A model generated the notes under the pieces. It was given only the letters and a program-made list of their open reading frames with translations. It was not told the origin of the DNA and did no database searches. Source: the human T2T-CHM13v2.0 reference genome, Homo sapiens. From it: 64,000 bases of DNA. A program made the position numbers and the translations under genes. The stretch's first letter is position 1, and each line of letters starts with the position of its first letter. Where the stretch lies: assembly GCF_009914755.1 (NCBI RefSeq), contig NC_060931.1; one strand, written 5' to 3'. Positions 1 through 14,382 of this stretch are shown in pieces.

Positions 1-875
1 AGTTATGCATGTAATTATCTTGCCTCTTTGTAGACTTAGTAATTTTGATTGAATACCATATATTGAATTTTACATTGTTGTATAGTTAGAACACACATTT
101 TTACATTGGTGTGTGCTGGATATTTTTGTTTTCTAAAAATCTTGAACTTTATTCTGGGATGTAGTTTAGTTACTTGTAAATAATTTGAGCCTTTTGGCTT
201 TTGCTTTACAATTTGTTGAGTGGTTCTTGAGTAGAGATCAATGTAGGGTAATTATCGCCCTGTATTCAGGCAAGATCTCCCTGAATGCTCGACCCAGTTT
301 CCCATGATCTATGATTTTTTTCCAATTTGGCTGGAAAAAAAACAGTATTTCCAGAAAAAAACAGTATTATCCTGAGACCTATTTGAAGACTGGACACTGT
401 TCTCTCTAATTCTTTTACAGGGTTCTTTCTCTGCGACCAGATAATTTTGTCACATGCCTATGTTGATCAATACTCTGTGGGATATTCATTGGAAACCCCC
501 TGTAGATCTCTGGAGTTTTCTCTCTTTGTGGCTCTCTCCTCTGGTTCTCTGTCCTATGAACTCTAGTAACCCTCTTCTCTCTGACTCTTAGCTCTTTCTC
601 AACTCAGGCAAGTCCTCTGGGATCCACCTCAGTTCCCCCTCCTGTACCGTGTCTGGGAAGCTCTCTCCAGGATGCATACCCAAGCAGTCACGGGGTCCAC
701 AGTTCAGCCCCCATCTCTCAGGAATCACTGTCCTTCATCGCCTGATGCCCAGTTTCTTGAAAACCATTGGGTTTCTTTTCTTTTCTTTTCTTTTCTTTTC
801 TTTTCTTTTCTTTTCTTTTCTTTTCTTTTCTTTTTCCTTCCTTCCTTCCTTTCTTTCTTTCTTTCTTTCTTTCTT

Positions 876-925
<50 letters not shown>

Positions 926-990
926 TCGTTGGTTTTCCCAGGCAGGAGGATAAATCTGATCCCTGTTGCTTTATTTTGGCTACAGTATAA
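1..990 (-). mobile_element. Old L1 (L1M/L1ME-type) 5' region fragment, interrupted by a microsatellite
   Basis: Resembles recalled L1M 5'-end consensus, e.g. GGCAGGAGGATAAATCTGATCCCTGTTGCT at ~941-970. Confidence 0.6.
772..927. repeat. Compound polypyrimidine microsatellite (CTTTT)n(CTTC)n(CTTT)n(CT)n(CTTT)n
   Basis: Directly visible; accounts for the F/S/L-rich ORFs at 649-1078. Confidence 0.98.
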
Positions 991-3639
991 GTCTACAAGT
1001 TATTTATTCATAGCTAGTTGTTCATTTTCCACATTCCCAATATCCTCGTTCAGCTCTCAAAACATATTCAGTCCCTAAGAGCACCTTCCTAATTTCAGTT
1101 ATTATTCTGTCTATTCCACGACATCTGCTTCCTCTGGCTTAGACTGCTCTGTTGGTTGTCTTTCACAGTGCTTGAGTTTAATGTATGGCAGGTGATGTTC
1201 CCTTTGGGCTCGATTTCATTCTCTGGGCTGTCAATTGATGTCTAACAGTGAGGAGAGGTGGAGAGTTGAGCTTACTGTGTTCTTATCCAGGTGGGTGGAC
1301 AGGACAACCCCAGGGAAGGGTGTCCCAGTTTCGCAGCATGGTTTCCACCATTCTTTGTTTTCCCCTAAGAAGTCTACTAGTAGGTCCGCCTTAGGCATTA
1401 CTTCACCCGTTCTTTTCAGGAGCAGTTGTGCCTAACTCTTGCATTGGAAAGGAGTAGCAGAGACCATTAAGGGTGGGCCAGCCACCAGGGCATTTTACTG
1501 TTGACTGCTTGGTCCCCAGCCAGTTTCTGCTGCTGTCCTGATAATAAATTTGTCTGGCTGGCACTGTAGTTTTCTTGATACAATTATATTTTGCAGGAAA
1601 TGACCCATTCAGAGCAAGGTAAAGAAGAAGAAAGAGCACAACTAGGAAGACAGGCCAAGCTGATCCCCCATTTGTTGTCCCTGACCCTCTCTAGCCTTGT
1701 TCCCTCACATCTGGACCCTCCCACCATTTGACTGCTTGAGATCATGCTCACGTCTGCTGTTGAACATTTCCGACTGTTCATCACCTCATAGCTCGCATTA
1801 CATCTGCAGGGTTGGGTTTGGGAGAAAGGCTCAGCAGCTCCATTTGTTCTTCATAGCATCCAGACTTTCTTTTTCCTTGTTGATAACTTAATTATTTAAC
1901 TACATAATTCTCTTGAATTATAATTCAAAACTTTTATTCATGATCCTGACTCCAATTGGTAATCAGCAGGTAGAAAGTGTTCCAATTAGAAAAATCAAAT
2001 TAATTCTTTTTTTAAATAAGGAGAAAAAACTACTTATTCTATACCCATGGGAAGTAGAAATTAGGTAGAATTCTTAAAATGAGAGGGACAATTATATCTC
2101 CCTCATTTATTTTATCTTCTCTTTTTTTTCTATGTTCTCTGCTCCCTAAAGCCCAAGAAATTACTAGGGGAGGAGATTATTCCACATATTATACTTCCCA
2201 CCCACTGAAATTCTGCCACAAGTCAAACCATTGGCATGGCTTATGGATTAGACACTTAAGTCTATAAAGTCAGGAAATTGCTATTGGATGTTTAGAAGGC
2301 TAAAGGTGATCCCTCTGCTTTTATTTATCTTGTATCAGTCAAGGTCTGATTAAAGGGGTGAAGCCAGTTGCAGCAGAATACTGTCAGTGCTTCCAAATCT
2401 CTTCATCTCCCCACTTTTCTAGGTCCATAGAATTACATGCATCATTCTAAATGTTTTTTTAATCAGGTATTTATTACATTAGAATGTGTTTTTAATAAAA
2501 TCCTATAATTCTTCCCAAAGATGAGCAACTGAGAACCCATGCTGAAATATAATTAGTTTAGTCAAGGTATACTGTAACTCAAAGATCATTTTTTTCAACT
2601 TCACAACACAACTATATTTAGAAATAAAAAGCACTAGGTGGAAAAGGCTAAAATTCTGGAATTCCTACTGTCACCATAAGTAAATGGCAAATCTCATTTG
2701 AAAGGGTTTTAAGTGTGCTTTGGCTACGGCGATTCTTTTGTTAGCCTGTTTCTCATAGCCCTCATTTCTGCAGCCAGCAGACAAGCTCTGTCCCAGACAA
2801 AAATTTCATGAAAATCACCATTTTGTTGAATGTTTTGTGAACTTATTTTAGGCCTAACTCCCAACAATGCATTCCCATCTAAACATCTAATGATTTACCA
2901 TGTGAAACTAAAACACTCTACTGTATTTTAAAAACATCATAAATCCTGGATCATTCATTATTCCATTTGGAAAGAATCCTCTGAGCAATGATTTGAACAA
3001 CATGGCAACCGTGTATCCCAGACGACAGTGATCCTTGGGGACATGAGAAGCTGGGCATTCAATACTCTCGTTTCCCTAAGGGTGGGGGAGGCACAGGGCA
3101 GGGGAAGGTCTCTCAGCATTGTTCACGTAAATAATAACAATAGGAGTTTCCAATCATGACAACCAAGATAACTCAGAGATGAAGAAAGGAAAGTAGTTAC
3201 AACTGGTGGCTCTATTAAGAGGAACAAAAAAGGTTTGTTTAATAATTGTGGGACTTTGCAGCAACCGAATAAAGAAACTATGGTGCTGTCTTGCTCCAGG
3301 CCAAGTGAGTCTTGGAACGATCTCAGTGTTAACTGTAGAGGAAGCTAAAGTTGGATTATTTGATAGTGGAGACCATAATGGTTTCTATGAGATGAAGAAT
3401 AATTAGGAAATCAATATAGGATAAGATTTCCAAATATTAGTAAAAGACACTTTTTTTCTTGTAACTCTGGCCCTCCCTTAGGAAAGCACATTTGAAGGTG
3501 TTTTGCTGGAAGTACAGATTGGGGAACAGCTGGCAGTGAACCCTTGCTTGGATTGAGTATGAGCCGAAGTGTTAGAAACTCCCAAGGTACCTAAACATGG
3601 AAACAGTAGGCCAGGCAAGCCCACCAAAAATAACATTTT

Positions 3640-3860
3640 ATGCTATGTGGAATTTTGCACTTTACAAAGCGCTTTCACATCCCTTGTCTCATTTGCTTCT
3701 CGAGAATAGTTCTGTAGATAAGGCCAGCATTTTCACTTTCCCTCCATATACAACTGAGGCCCCCAGTGCTTCAAAGAATTGTCTAGATTCAGATATTGAA
3801 TCAGAGCAGATCCCAGTCTTAGACCTGTAATCTAAACTCCTTTTATCTTCACCGCACTGT
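3640..3860 (-). mobile_element. MIR SINE relic
   Basis: CTTTACAAAGCGCTTTCACATCCCTTGTCTCATTTG...AACTGAGGCCC matches antisense MIR core. Confidence 0.6.
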
Positions 3861-3889
3861 CTCTCAATATTGCCAACACAGTTTTTGGT

Positions 3890-4130
3890 AACTATTGTCT
3901 CCTCTCATTGCTAAACTTCCCAAAAGAGTAGTCTAAAGTTGATCTTTCCACTTTGTCACCTTCCACTGTTTCTGTATCCCATTTCTCACTGGCCTCCTGC
4001 CTTTAATAAAGTTAGGTTCCCCAGTGGCCACCTTGATTCTGGATTTAGTGGAACTTCTCTGCGTTTATTTTCCTTGACCTCTGAGCAGCATATTTCCACT
4101 CTGGTAGACAGAATCATTTCCCTTCCTTAG
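3890..4130 (+). mobile_element. L2 LINE fragment
   Basis: TTGACCTCTGAGCAGCATATTTCCACT resembles the L2 RT segment LDLSAAFDT. Confidence 0.5.
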
Positions 4131-4134
4131 AGAA

Positions 4135-4340
4135 GCCCATGTCCAAGAAACTGTGAATTCTAGATTCTGGGACCTGTGAACATGTTAGGCTTCATGGCAA
4201 AGGGGAATTAAGGTAGCAGACAGCATTAAGGTTGTTAATCAGATGACCTTAAACTTGGACATTCTTCTGCATTACCTGGGTGGGTCTGAGGCAATCCTGA
4301 GAGTCTATAAGTGGAAGAAAGAGGAAGAAGAGGAGGAAGA
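4135..4340 (+). mobile_element. MaLR LTR fragment (MLT1E-like)
   Basis: CATGGCAAAGGGGAATTAAGGTAGCAGA...TTAAGGTTGTTAATCAGATGACCTTAA is characteristic of MLT1D/E. Confidence 0.75.
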
Positions 4341-4429
4341 TGATCATGAACGAAGGAATGAGGCAACTTCTACAAGATGGAAATGAAAGAACCATATGCA
4401 TTTAAAACACAGCCCGCTTCTGCAGACAC

Positions 4430-5010
4430 ACAAAAGTGGGCAGAGTTCATCACCAGAAGACTTACACTACAGAGAGTATGAATGGAAGTTCTTTGAGCAG
4501 CACGGAAAACAACACAACTTGAAAACCTAGATCAACACAAAGAAATGAAGAGCATCAGAAATGGTTACCACATGGGTAAACATAAAAAAATTCTTATTAC
4601 TTGAATCCTATTAAAAGACAGTTGTATTATGGAGTTCATACCATGTGTAGAAGGAAAATGAATGACAGTAAGAGTATACAGTCTAGAAGGGGAAAAATGA
4701 AAATATATGCTTGAAAAGTTCTAATACTATACATATGTACTACATTATAATTTGCAAGTAGACTTTGATAAGTTCAAGACATATACTATAAACCCTAAAC
4801 AAATCACTAAAATAACACAACAAAGGGTAATAACTAAAAAGACAAAAAAGGAGGTAAAATAAAATTACAAAACATACTAAATCAATCTAAATAAAAAGAG
4901 CAAAAGAAAGAACAAAGAAACAGAATGAACATTAGTCAAAAGAAAACAAATAGCGAGATGATAGACTTAAATCCTACCATAGCAATAATTACATTAAATA
5001 TAAACAGTCT
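4430..5010 (+). mobile_element. Old L1 (L1MC/L1MD-type) ORF1 end to ORF2 start
   Basis: A-rich; encodes a degenerate ORF2 N-terminus (MIDLNPTIAIITLNINSL in ORF 4925..5158); resumes at ~6320. Confidence 0.75.
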
Positions 5011-6318
5011 ACAATGGCATAGAATAGAGAACCCAGAAACCAATGCTCACATATATGGTCAACTGATATTTGACAAGATGGCAAGACGAGTTAATGAGGA
5101 AAGGGCAATCTTCAGCAAATGGTACCAGAAAAACTGGATATTCACATGTGAAGAATGAAATTCAACCCTTACCTTATGCCCTGTAGGTAAATTAACTCAA
5201 AATGGATCAAATACCAGAACCTAAGAACTAAAACTATAAAACTCTTAGAAAAAAAGAGGAGAAAATTTTCATGATATTAGATTTGGCAATAACTTCTTGG
5301 CTATGAGAAATAGTTAAATTCAATTTCATAAAAATTGAAAACTTTGAGGGCATTAAAAAGACAATCCACTGAGTAGGAGAAAATATTTGTGAATCATATA
5401 CCTGATAAGGGATTAATATCCAGAATACATAAAGAATCTTAACTCACCACCCCCAACAACAACAACAACAGAAAAAAGCAATTTAAAAAATGGTCTAAAA
5501 ACTTGAAAAGATACTTCTTTAAAGACATACAAATGGCCAATAAGCACATGAAAAGGTTCTTAGCATCACCAGTCATTAGGGAAATACAAATCAAAACCAC
5601 AGTGAGATCCACACTCATTAGGATGGGTACTATCAAAAAACAGAAGATAAGTCTTGGCAAAGATATGAAGAAACTGAAATTGCTGGTGGGAATGTAAAAT
5701 GGTACAGCCTTGGAAGAAAACAGTAGGACAGTTTCTCAAAAAGTTGAACATAGAATTACCCTATGGTCCATAAATTTCACTTCTGGGTATATCCCCAAAA
5801 GGATTGCAAGCAGGGACTCAAGCAGATGTTTGCATGCCAATGTTTATAGCAGCATTATTCACAATAGCCAAAGGTTGGAAATAACCCAAACATCTATCAG
5901 TAGATAAATAGATAAACAAAATATAGTATATCCGTGCAATAGATTTTTCAGCCTTAAAAAGGAAGGGAATTCTGACACATGCAACAACCTGGATAAACCT
6001 TCAGGATGTTCTGCTAAGTGAAATAAGCCTGAACACAAAAGGACAAATACTGTATGATCTCATTTGTATGAGGCAAGTAGAATGGTGGTTACCACGGGCT
6101 GGGGTTATGTGTGATGGAATGAGAGAGGGTAGAATTGGGAGTTATTGTTTATTGGGTACAGAGTTTCCATTCGAGATTATTAGAAAAATTCTGAAAATTG
6201 ATAGTGGTAGTGGTTACACATCATTATGAACATACTTAATGCCACTAAACTGTACACTTCAATGGTAAAAGTGATTAATTTTATGTCATGTATATGACAA
6301 TAAAAAACAAAAAATACA
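5011..6318 (+). mobile_element. 5'-truncated L1MB-type element nested in the older L1
   Basis: ORF2 C-terminal remnants (QWHRIENPE...IYGQLIFDK; [12 protein letters not shown]...IREIQIKTT), L1MB-like 3'UTR and A tail at ~6300-6315. Confidence 0.85.
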
Positions 6319-6509
6319 TATAAAGACTTTAACCATTCCCAAGTAAAAGGCAGAGATTGTCTGACTGAAAGAAAATAAGAAAGACCAAATGTATCTTACT
6401 TATAACGAACCTACTTTTATTTAAAAAAAAAAGACATCTCCCATGCTATTGCTAATCAAAATAAAGCTATCAGACAAAATAGATTTCAGAGCAAAGACTA
6501 TTATAAGGT

Positions 6510-6875
6510 CTACTAGCTTTCTATTGCTATGTAACAGTATCGCCACACACTTAGCATCACACTTTTGCTGTCTCACAATTTCTGCAGGTCGGGGTCCAGC
6601 ATGCCTCGCTGGGTGTCTGGTCATGAGGACTTCCCAAGCATGGCTTCCTGCCTCCACAGTCAGAAAGGAAGTGCAAGAGAGATGCAAGCAAGAGGGACAC
6701 TTTAATTATGAAACAAAATTACGTATTATTTACTTATAATTATGCACATGTGGTCACCTTTGCTGTAGTCTTTTGGTTAGAACCAAGTCACAGGTACTGC
6801 CCCCGTCATGGCAACGTCACACAGGGCATGAACTCCAGGAGGCAGAAACCATGGGGACTCTGTAAAACAATGCCC
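6510..6875 (-). mobile_element. MaLR LTR (MLT1G/H-like)
   Basis: TTTCTATTGCTATGTAACA start and AGAACCAAGTCACAGG...CAGGGCATGAACTCCAGGAGGCAG end. Confidence 0.65.
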
Positions 6876-7453
6876 GTTATACAGAGATAAACATGGCTAT
6901 TTCCAAATAATAAAAGAAGAATTCATTAAGAGGACACAGAAATTTTAAGTGTTTATGGATGTATTAACAGAACCTCAAAAGACATAAAGCAAAATCTAAT
7001 AGAAAAAGGAGATACAGAAAACCCATACTTATAGATCCAAATGTCAACACCCCTCTCTCGAGAATTCAAGTAAGCAGAAAGTCGGTAAGATATAAAAGAT
7101 TTCAACAACACTATCAACCAACATGACTTAATGGATCTCTATTGAAAACTCCATCTAAAAACAGCAAAATACACATTGTTTTCAAGAGTACTTGGAACAT
7201 TTTCCAAGACAAACTACATTATGGGCTATAAAACAAGTCTAAATAACTACAAAAGCATTCAAGTCATACCACAATGTTCTCTGATAACAATAAAATGAAA
7301 TTAGAAATTAATAACAAAGATATTTGGAAAATCTTAAAATATTTAGGAACTAAATAACATCTCTAAAAAAATTTTTTTAAAAAACTTATCTTCAGCAAAG
7401 AGAGCAAAAGAGGAATTAGAAAATATTTTGAACTGAAAAAAAATAAAAATTCA

Positions 7454-7788
<335 letters not shown>

Positions 7789-9057
7789 AATTCAATATGT
7801 TAAAAAAAAGTATGGGATGCCACTGAAGCAGTACTTATAGGGAAATTTATAGCACAAAATATCTATACTCAAAAATAGACAGGTCTCAAGTCAATGATCT
7901 TAGCTTCTTAAGAAACTAGAGAAAAAAAGAGCCAACAGAAACCGAAATAATAATAATAAAAATCAAAGTGGAAAATAATACAAGTAGAAAATAGAAATAT
8001 AATAGAGAAAATCAATGAAACCAAAAATGATACCTTGAGAAAATTAGTAACATCAGTAACTTATAAAAGACTGATTTTTAGAAGTGAGAGAGGAGGAAGA
8101 TGCAAATCACCAATATCAGGAATGAGAAATGTGACATCATTAGAGATCCTACAGATATGAAAAGTACAATAAGAGAATATCATAAATAACTTTGCACCAA
8201 GAAATTGGACAACTTAGATGAAATGGTAAATTTCTTGAAGGACACTATCAGATTTTACTAAATAAGAAACAGGTAAATTGAATACCCCAAAATTTATCAA
8301 AGAAATTCAATTCATAGTTGAAAAACTTTTCACAATGAAACCTTCAGGCCCAGAAGGCTTCACATCTGAGTTCCTCAAATATCTAAGGAAAACCAATAAC
8401 AGCTCTATACAAACTCTTCCAGGAAATTGAAGAGAAGGACATACTTCTTAACTCATTCAATTCAGTCATCATTATTCTCACACTACAATCAAAGACATAA
8501 CATTTAAAAACTCACAGTCAATATCCCTCATGAACATAATAATCAAGTGGAATTTATCTCAGGAAGGCAAAGTTGTTTTGGCACTCAAAATCAATCCATG
8601 TAATTCAACTTATTAACACACTAAACACCAAACCATACGATAGTCTTGCAGAAAAGGCATTTGGCAAAATCCAACATCCATTCATAATTTTTAAAAATCT
8701 CATCAAACTAGGAAAAAGAATCTCCTCGGCCTGATAAAAGACATTTATGAAAATGATAAAGCTGACCCATACCTAATGGTAAGAGACTGAGTGATTTCCA
8801 TCTAAATTCAGAAACAAGACAAGGATGTCTGCTCTCATCCCTCTATTCAACATTGCATTTGAGGTTCTAGCCAGTGCAATAAGAAAAAAAAAAGAAAGAA
8901 AGAAAAGAAAAAAATAAATTAACATCCTGTTGGAAAATTGGGAGTTAAGTAGCATTTCTTATGAGATGACATGACCATCTATCTAGGAAATCCTGTGGAA
9001 TCTATAAAGATACTACTGGAAGTGAATTGAGTGAGATTGCAGAATATGAGACGGATA

Positions 9058-9319
9058 TTGTTTTGGAGTGAATTGCGTCAGCCTAAAATGTATATGTTGA
9101 AGTCCTAATCTCAGTACCTCAGAACGTAACCATATATAAAAATAAAAACTTTAATGAGATAATTAAGCTAAAATAAGAAAGAGCTCAGAAGAAATCAACC
9201 CTGAGGTCATCTTAATCTTGGATTTCTCCAGAACTGGGAGGTGAGAAAATAAACGTCTAATGTTTAAGCCACTCAGCCTGTGTGGTATTTTGCTATAGAA
9301 GCCTTAGCAAGCTAATACA
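9058..9319 (+). mobile_element. MaLR LTR (MLT1A/B-like, internally deleted)
   Basis: TG...CA ends; ATGTTGAAGTCCTAA, GAGAAAATAAA...TGTTTAAGCCAC...CTAATACA. Confidence 0.8.
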
Positions 9320-10121
9320 ACATACATAAAGCATTTGTATTTCTCTATTCCAACAACAAACAATCAGAATTTGAAGTTAAAAACGTAAGACCACCTACCG
9401 TAGATCAAAATATAAAGTGAAATTCTTAGAAATAAATTTGAGAAATGTGTAAAAACTGTACCTTGAGAACCACAAAACATGCAGAGAAAAAAAATAGCAG
9501 AATTAAATAGACAGCTACAAGATGTTCATGGATCAGAACACTTAGTATTGTTGAGATAATGGTTCTCCCCAAAGTGATCTACAGACTCAATGTACTCCCA
9601 ATCAAAAGCCTAGCTGGCTTTCTTTTTTTGAAGAAATTTAAAAAGCTGATTCTCCAACTCACATGGAATACAAAGGATCTCAAATAGCCAAACAACTCTG
9701 TAAAAGCACAATTTGTAAACATATGTACTGATAAATTAGGTTTCTTCAACATTTAAAACTTGTTCTTCAGAAGACACTGTTAGGAGAATGCAAATATAAG
9801 CCACAGGCTGGAAAAAAATTGAAAATAATATCTGATTTTAAAAAAAAGTATCCAGAACTTTCAAAACTCAATAATAACAGAACAATCTAATAAAAAGTAT
9901 GAATGAACACTTCATCAAAGTGATAGACAGGTGGCAGATAAGCACCTGAAAAAGATCCTCAACATCATTAGTCATTATAAACATGCAAATTTAAACCATA
10001 ATGCGATTAGACACCTATAAGAATGGCCCGTGTGAAACTGAGACATTGGTCATACCAAGCACTGGCAATGACACAATGCCCTTGGAACTCTCCCACCTTC
10101 TGTTTAGAATATGAAATTAAG

Positions 10122-10441
<320 letters not shown>

Positions 10442-10920
10442 TCATTTTAACTTTATTACGGTACTTTTAGAAACAGGCAGTTTCTTTAAAAAGTTAAACA
10501 TGCACCCATTTTACAACCCATTTTACGACCCAGCCATTCCATTCGTAAGTATTCCCCAAGAGAATTGAAAGCATATGTCCACACAAAGAATTATCCATGA
10601 TAGCTTACAGCATCTTTATTTGTAATAGCCACAACTGTAAACAGCCCAAATGCCCACCAACAGGTGACTGGAATAACAAATTGTGCTATATTATAATAAT
10701 ACAGTAGAATCCTACTAGCAATAGAAGAATGAATTGTTGACATGTATAGTAATATCTCAAAATAATTATGCTGTGCAAAGAAGTCAGAAAAAGTGAATGT
10801 ATACACCTTATATTTCCATTTACATAAATGTCTAGAAATTGTAAATGAATCTCTAGTGACAGGAAGCTGATCAGGATGGTCGGGGTAAGAGCAGGGACCA
10901 GGCCTTACAGAGCAGCATAA

Positions 10921-11302
<382 letters not shown>

Positions 11303-11399
11303 AAATTGTACACTTTTAAGGGGTGGAGTTTATTGTGTGTATCAATCTTATAACCCAAGGATACTGTTAAAAAATTGTGATAGTATATTTTTCCAATTT

Positions 11400-11800
11400 T
11401 GATATCTACAACAACAAATTGTCATCAACAGGTCATTCAAACTGGCGGTGGCATCTTTTTGACGCATCCCCACCATGCTTCGAGCACTTCCTATTGCAGG
11501 CTCATCTCATTCCCTGGCCCAGCCCAGCCCTTAAATCAACCTTTTCTCCAAAGAATGCTCTGTCCTTTCATTGCAGAATGGGATTCAGAAACCAAAGCCT
11601 GGGCACGTGGCATGCTCATTGCTTTAGGGTGTCTGAGCTTCCAGGTCCTCTTAGCAAAGCCAGGAATCTACGTAAGAAACACAAACACAGGAACACTCAC
11701 CTGTATCTGCTCCCCCAGCAAGCTGGTGACCTACCTAAGTATATTAAAACTATGAGTTCATACTAATACCTCCAATTCCAGTTCAACATGCAGGGTTTAT
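11400..11800 (-). mobile_element. Old L1 3'-end fragment (L1MC4/5-like)
   Basis: AGAAACCAAAGCCTGGGCAC...ATGAGTTCATACTAATACCTCCAATTCCA resembles recalled consensus. Confidence 0.55.
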
Positions 11801-12149
11801 ACACAATTTCTGAAAGAAAATGCTCACCTTTGAGCCATTCTATTAAATGAAAGAACAGCATCAAGAAGGTGGCTTAAGCCCACAAAACCAAGGGCACATA
11901 AAAAATAAAGGGCTGGCTTGCAGGCCTATGGACCAGGGCACCCCCACCGAGACCAATTCTGCCGTTCTCGCTCTGTATCTGCAGACATCCCTTCCGGATT
12001 TTCTTCCTAATTCCACATATGCAATGCTTTCGAGGCCTACGATATGGAAGAGTCTTTGCTGGCCATTGAAGTTTAAAGAGGTGATTAAGGAGACCAGACT
12101 TCATCCTTAAGAAACCTACCAAATAGGGGGAATAGGAGACACATATACT

Positions 12150-12183
12150 ACACACACACACACACACACGCACACACACACAG
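12150..12183. repeat. (CA)n microsatellite
   Basis: Visible, with one CG interruption. Confidence 0.95.
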
Positions 12184-12254
12184 GCACACCCCTCTAAAAT
12201 AAAGCAGTGTATGCTAAGAACCAGGGAGGAAGGTGTTGACTTTGTGGCTCAAGG

Positions 12255-12330
12255 TGGCACTGAATGAGATGATTTCTGCAAATCATTTGGTGCAGTGCCT
12301 AACGCAGGGTAAGCACTCAATAAACAATAC
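12255..12330 (+). mobile_element. MIR 3' fragment
   Basis: AATGAGATGAT...CAGTGCCTAACGCAGGGTAAGCACTCAATAAAC. Confidence 0.65.
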
Positions 12331-13384
12331 CTGTTTTGTGGTAAGAAGTGGAAAACCCAGCCCAGTCGCCTCTAGAGCGTCTCATCTCACAATGAAGATT
12401 GCAAGATCAAATCCACCAGAGAGGCTGGGGAGCCTTGGCGTTCTCTCCAAGCTCACAAGACTAAAAAGGCAAAATAAATTTCACGCAATCAAGTGTAATC
12501 AGCAGCTCTTCTTGTGAAATCCAGGGTCTCGCATCTTCCTCCTGGCAGGTTCTCTTCTGACTCATCTCTTCCCTTTCCCTGGAATCCAAGGTCCCCCATC
12601 CCCGCCTTGGAGTCCCTGCCGTGTGTCCCACCAAGTGATGGTTTCAGGGCCCCTCGAAGCAAGAATGCATCCTCTCCTGCTTTTTCCTGTCCAGGTTAGA
12701 GGAGGAAAGTGAGTATATTCAGTCTGGAACCTGAGCACCTGTCCTTTGTATTAAATACCTACGCCAGGCCAAAGTTCTGATTCCTGGCTCAGAGCAGGTT
12801 TGGATGGGAGAGAGAGGGAAACGGTACAAGGGCAGGGAGGTGGAGGGGCCTCAGGACCGGGTGCAGCAGGAAAGCAAGACGAATGGAAAAGCACTTACTA
12901 ATCATCCCGTGAATAAATGAACACAAGGAGCCAGGAATAAATGCAGGCATGCATCCGCGAAAGAATGTGTAACCCACACGTCACGGTTCTTACCCCACCT
13001 GCTAAACCTGAATCCCTTCCAAGATGTCTCTGACTTGCCTGGATGTCTCTGTCATATTTGCAGGTGTTGCCTCCAATGGCTTCTGGGACCTATTCCTGCT
13101 CGGGACATGGTCCTGCTGGGCCCCACTGTCCCCTCCCCACCCCAGGGACTGTGACAGCCAGCACAGTGCTGCAGGGTGCATGCTCTGCCCAGAGCCACAG
13201 AGCGCATCTCTCGTCCTCTCAGCATTTCCACCACCACCCACATCCTGCTGCAAGCTTGGGGTCTGGGGCCTCCAGCATCTCCAGCGTCCCACAGCCTTTT
13301 TACAATGGAGTTATTGCATTTCTGTCCACAGCTCATGATAACGAGGGGAGCTGAGTCTGATGCAGCTGCTGAGGGAAGTCCTCC

Positions 13385-13721
13385 TGATGGTCCCTGACTT
13401 AGGATGGCTCCACTAACAATTTTTTCATTTTTCAACCTTACAATGGGGTGAAAGCAATAGCAATTCAGTAGACACCATCATTCCAGTTTTGCATGGATCT
13501 TTTCCTGGGCTACGGATATGCAGTATCATACTCTTACTATAAAAAAGGACTTGTGTTAGCTGCTTTTTCCCCACTGTAGGCTAATGTAAGTGCCTGAGCA
13601 CACTTGTGCTGAGCTATGGTGTCCTGTAAGTTAGGTGTATTAAATGCAGTTTCGACTTTTGGTATTTTCAGTGCAATTGGCATATTGGGATGGGGCCCCA
13701 CTGTAAGCTGGGGGGCATCTG
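13385..13721 (-). mobile_element. MER47-type Tigger-family MITE
   Basis: Termini GATGGTCCCTGACTTA ... TAAGCTGGGGGGCATCTG followed by TA; internal ACTGTAGGCTAATGTAAGTG and TTAGGTGTATTAAATGCA. Confidence 0.8.
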
Positions 13722-13779
13722 TAAAACTGAATGCTGCAGAGAAAACAATAGGATGACAGTGTGAGATCATGACTGTGCC

Positions 13780-14011
13780 CACAGTTCCTGGTGGGAATCA
13801 GGACAAGGACATGAACAGGGAAGGGAACCACATGAAGCAACACAGGATCCCACAGTCACAGTCCCTGGTGGGAATCAGGACAAGGACATGAACAGGGAAG
13901 GGAACCGCATGAAGCAACACAGGATCCCACAGTCACAGTCCCTGGTGGGAATCAGGACAAGGACATGAACAGGGAAGTGAACCACATGAAGCAACACAGG
14001 ATCCCATAGTC
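13780..14011. repeat. 77-bp tandem repeat, 3 copies
   Basis: CCTGGTGGGAATCAGGACAAGG starts at 13787, 13864 and 13941. Confidence 0.97.
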
Positions 14012-14264
14012 CGTTCTGCAGCCCATCCCTCCAGGGTCAGAGAGGAGGGCTTGTCACAATAATAGCCTGGACAGAGAGCTGGGAAACCAGATTCAAATCC
14101 TAGTTTTGCCTCCAGCTCATCAGCAAAATAAGAAAAAAATCATCAAACCGCATTTGAATTTTCACAAAATCGACAGTGCTTCTAACCAGCAAAACAATAG
14201 CAAAGCCATATTATCTGTGATTTGCAGCAATTTATTGAGTTAGTTCGTTAGTTACTTATTCATT

Positions 14265-14382
14265 CGTTACAGACGGCTTTGAGAATCTGATGAAAGCTCT
14301 AAGCCCACTCTCCAGACAAACGCCTGCGTGGACAGTCCCATGACATTTTGCATCCAATTGCTGGTTAAGCGTTAAGGGTCCC
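14265..14382. mobile_element. hAT-Charlie MITE fragment (Charlie4z/MER103-like)
   Basis: CTTTGAGAATCTGATGAAAGCT...ATTTTGCAT...GTTAAG. Confidence 0.55.

Noticed and set aside
765-937. Apparent TSD (CATTGGGTTTC / CGTTGGTTTTC) around the microsatellite, suggesting an orphan poly-A insertion
   Set aside because: As recalled, the host L1 consensus has similar GTTGTTTC motifs on both sides, so in situ expansion is simpler
649-1078. Hydrophobic Phe/Ser/Leu ORFs resembling membrane proteins
   Set aside because: Translation of the CTTT microsatellite
1597-1618. Possible 22-nt microexon (TTTTGCAG...AAG/GTAAAG)
   Set aside because: Weak polypyrimidine tract and donor, not frame-preserving, no partner exons
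3080-3104. G-quadruplex-compatible motif
   Set aside because: Isolated and common genome-wide, with no functional context
13780-14011. CRISPR-like appearance of this and the other repeat arrays
   Set aside because: Units are head-to-tail with no unique spacers, there are no cas genes, and the context is primate
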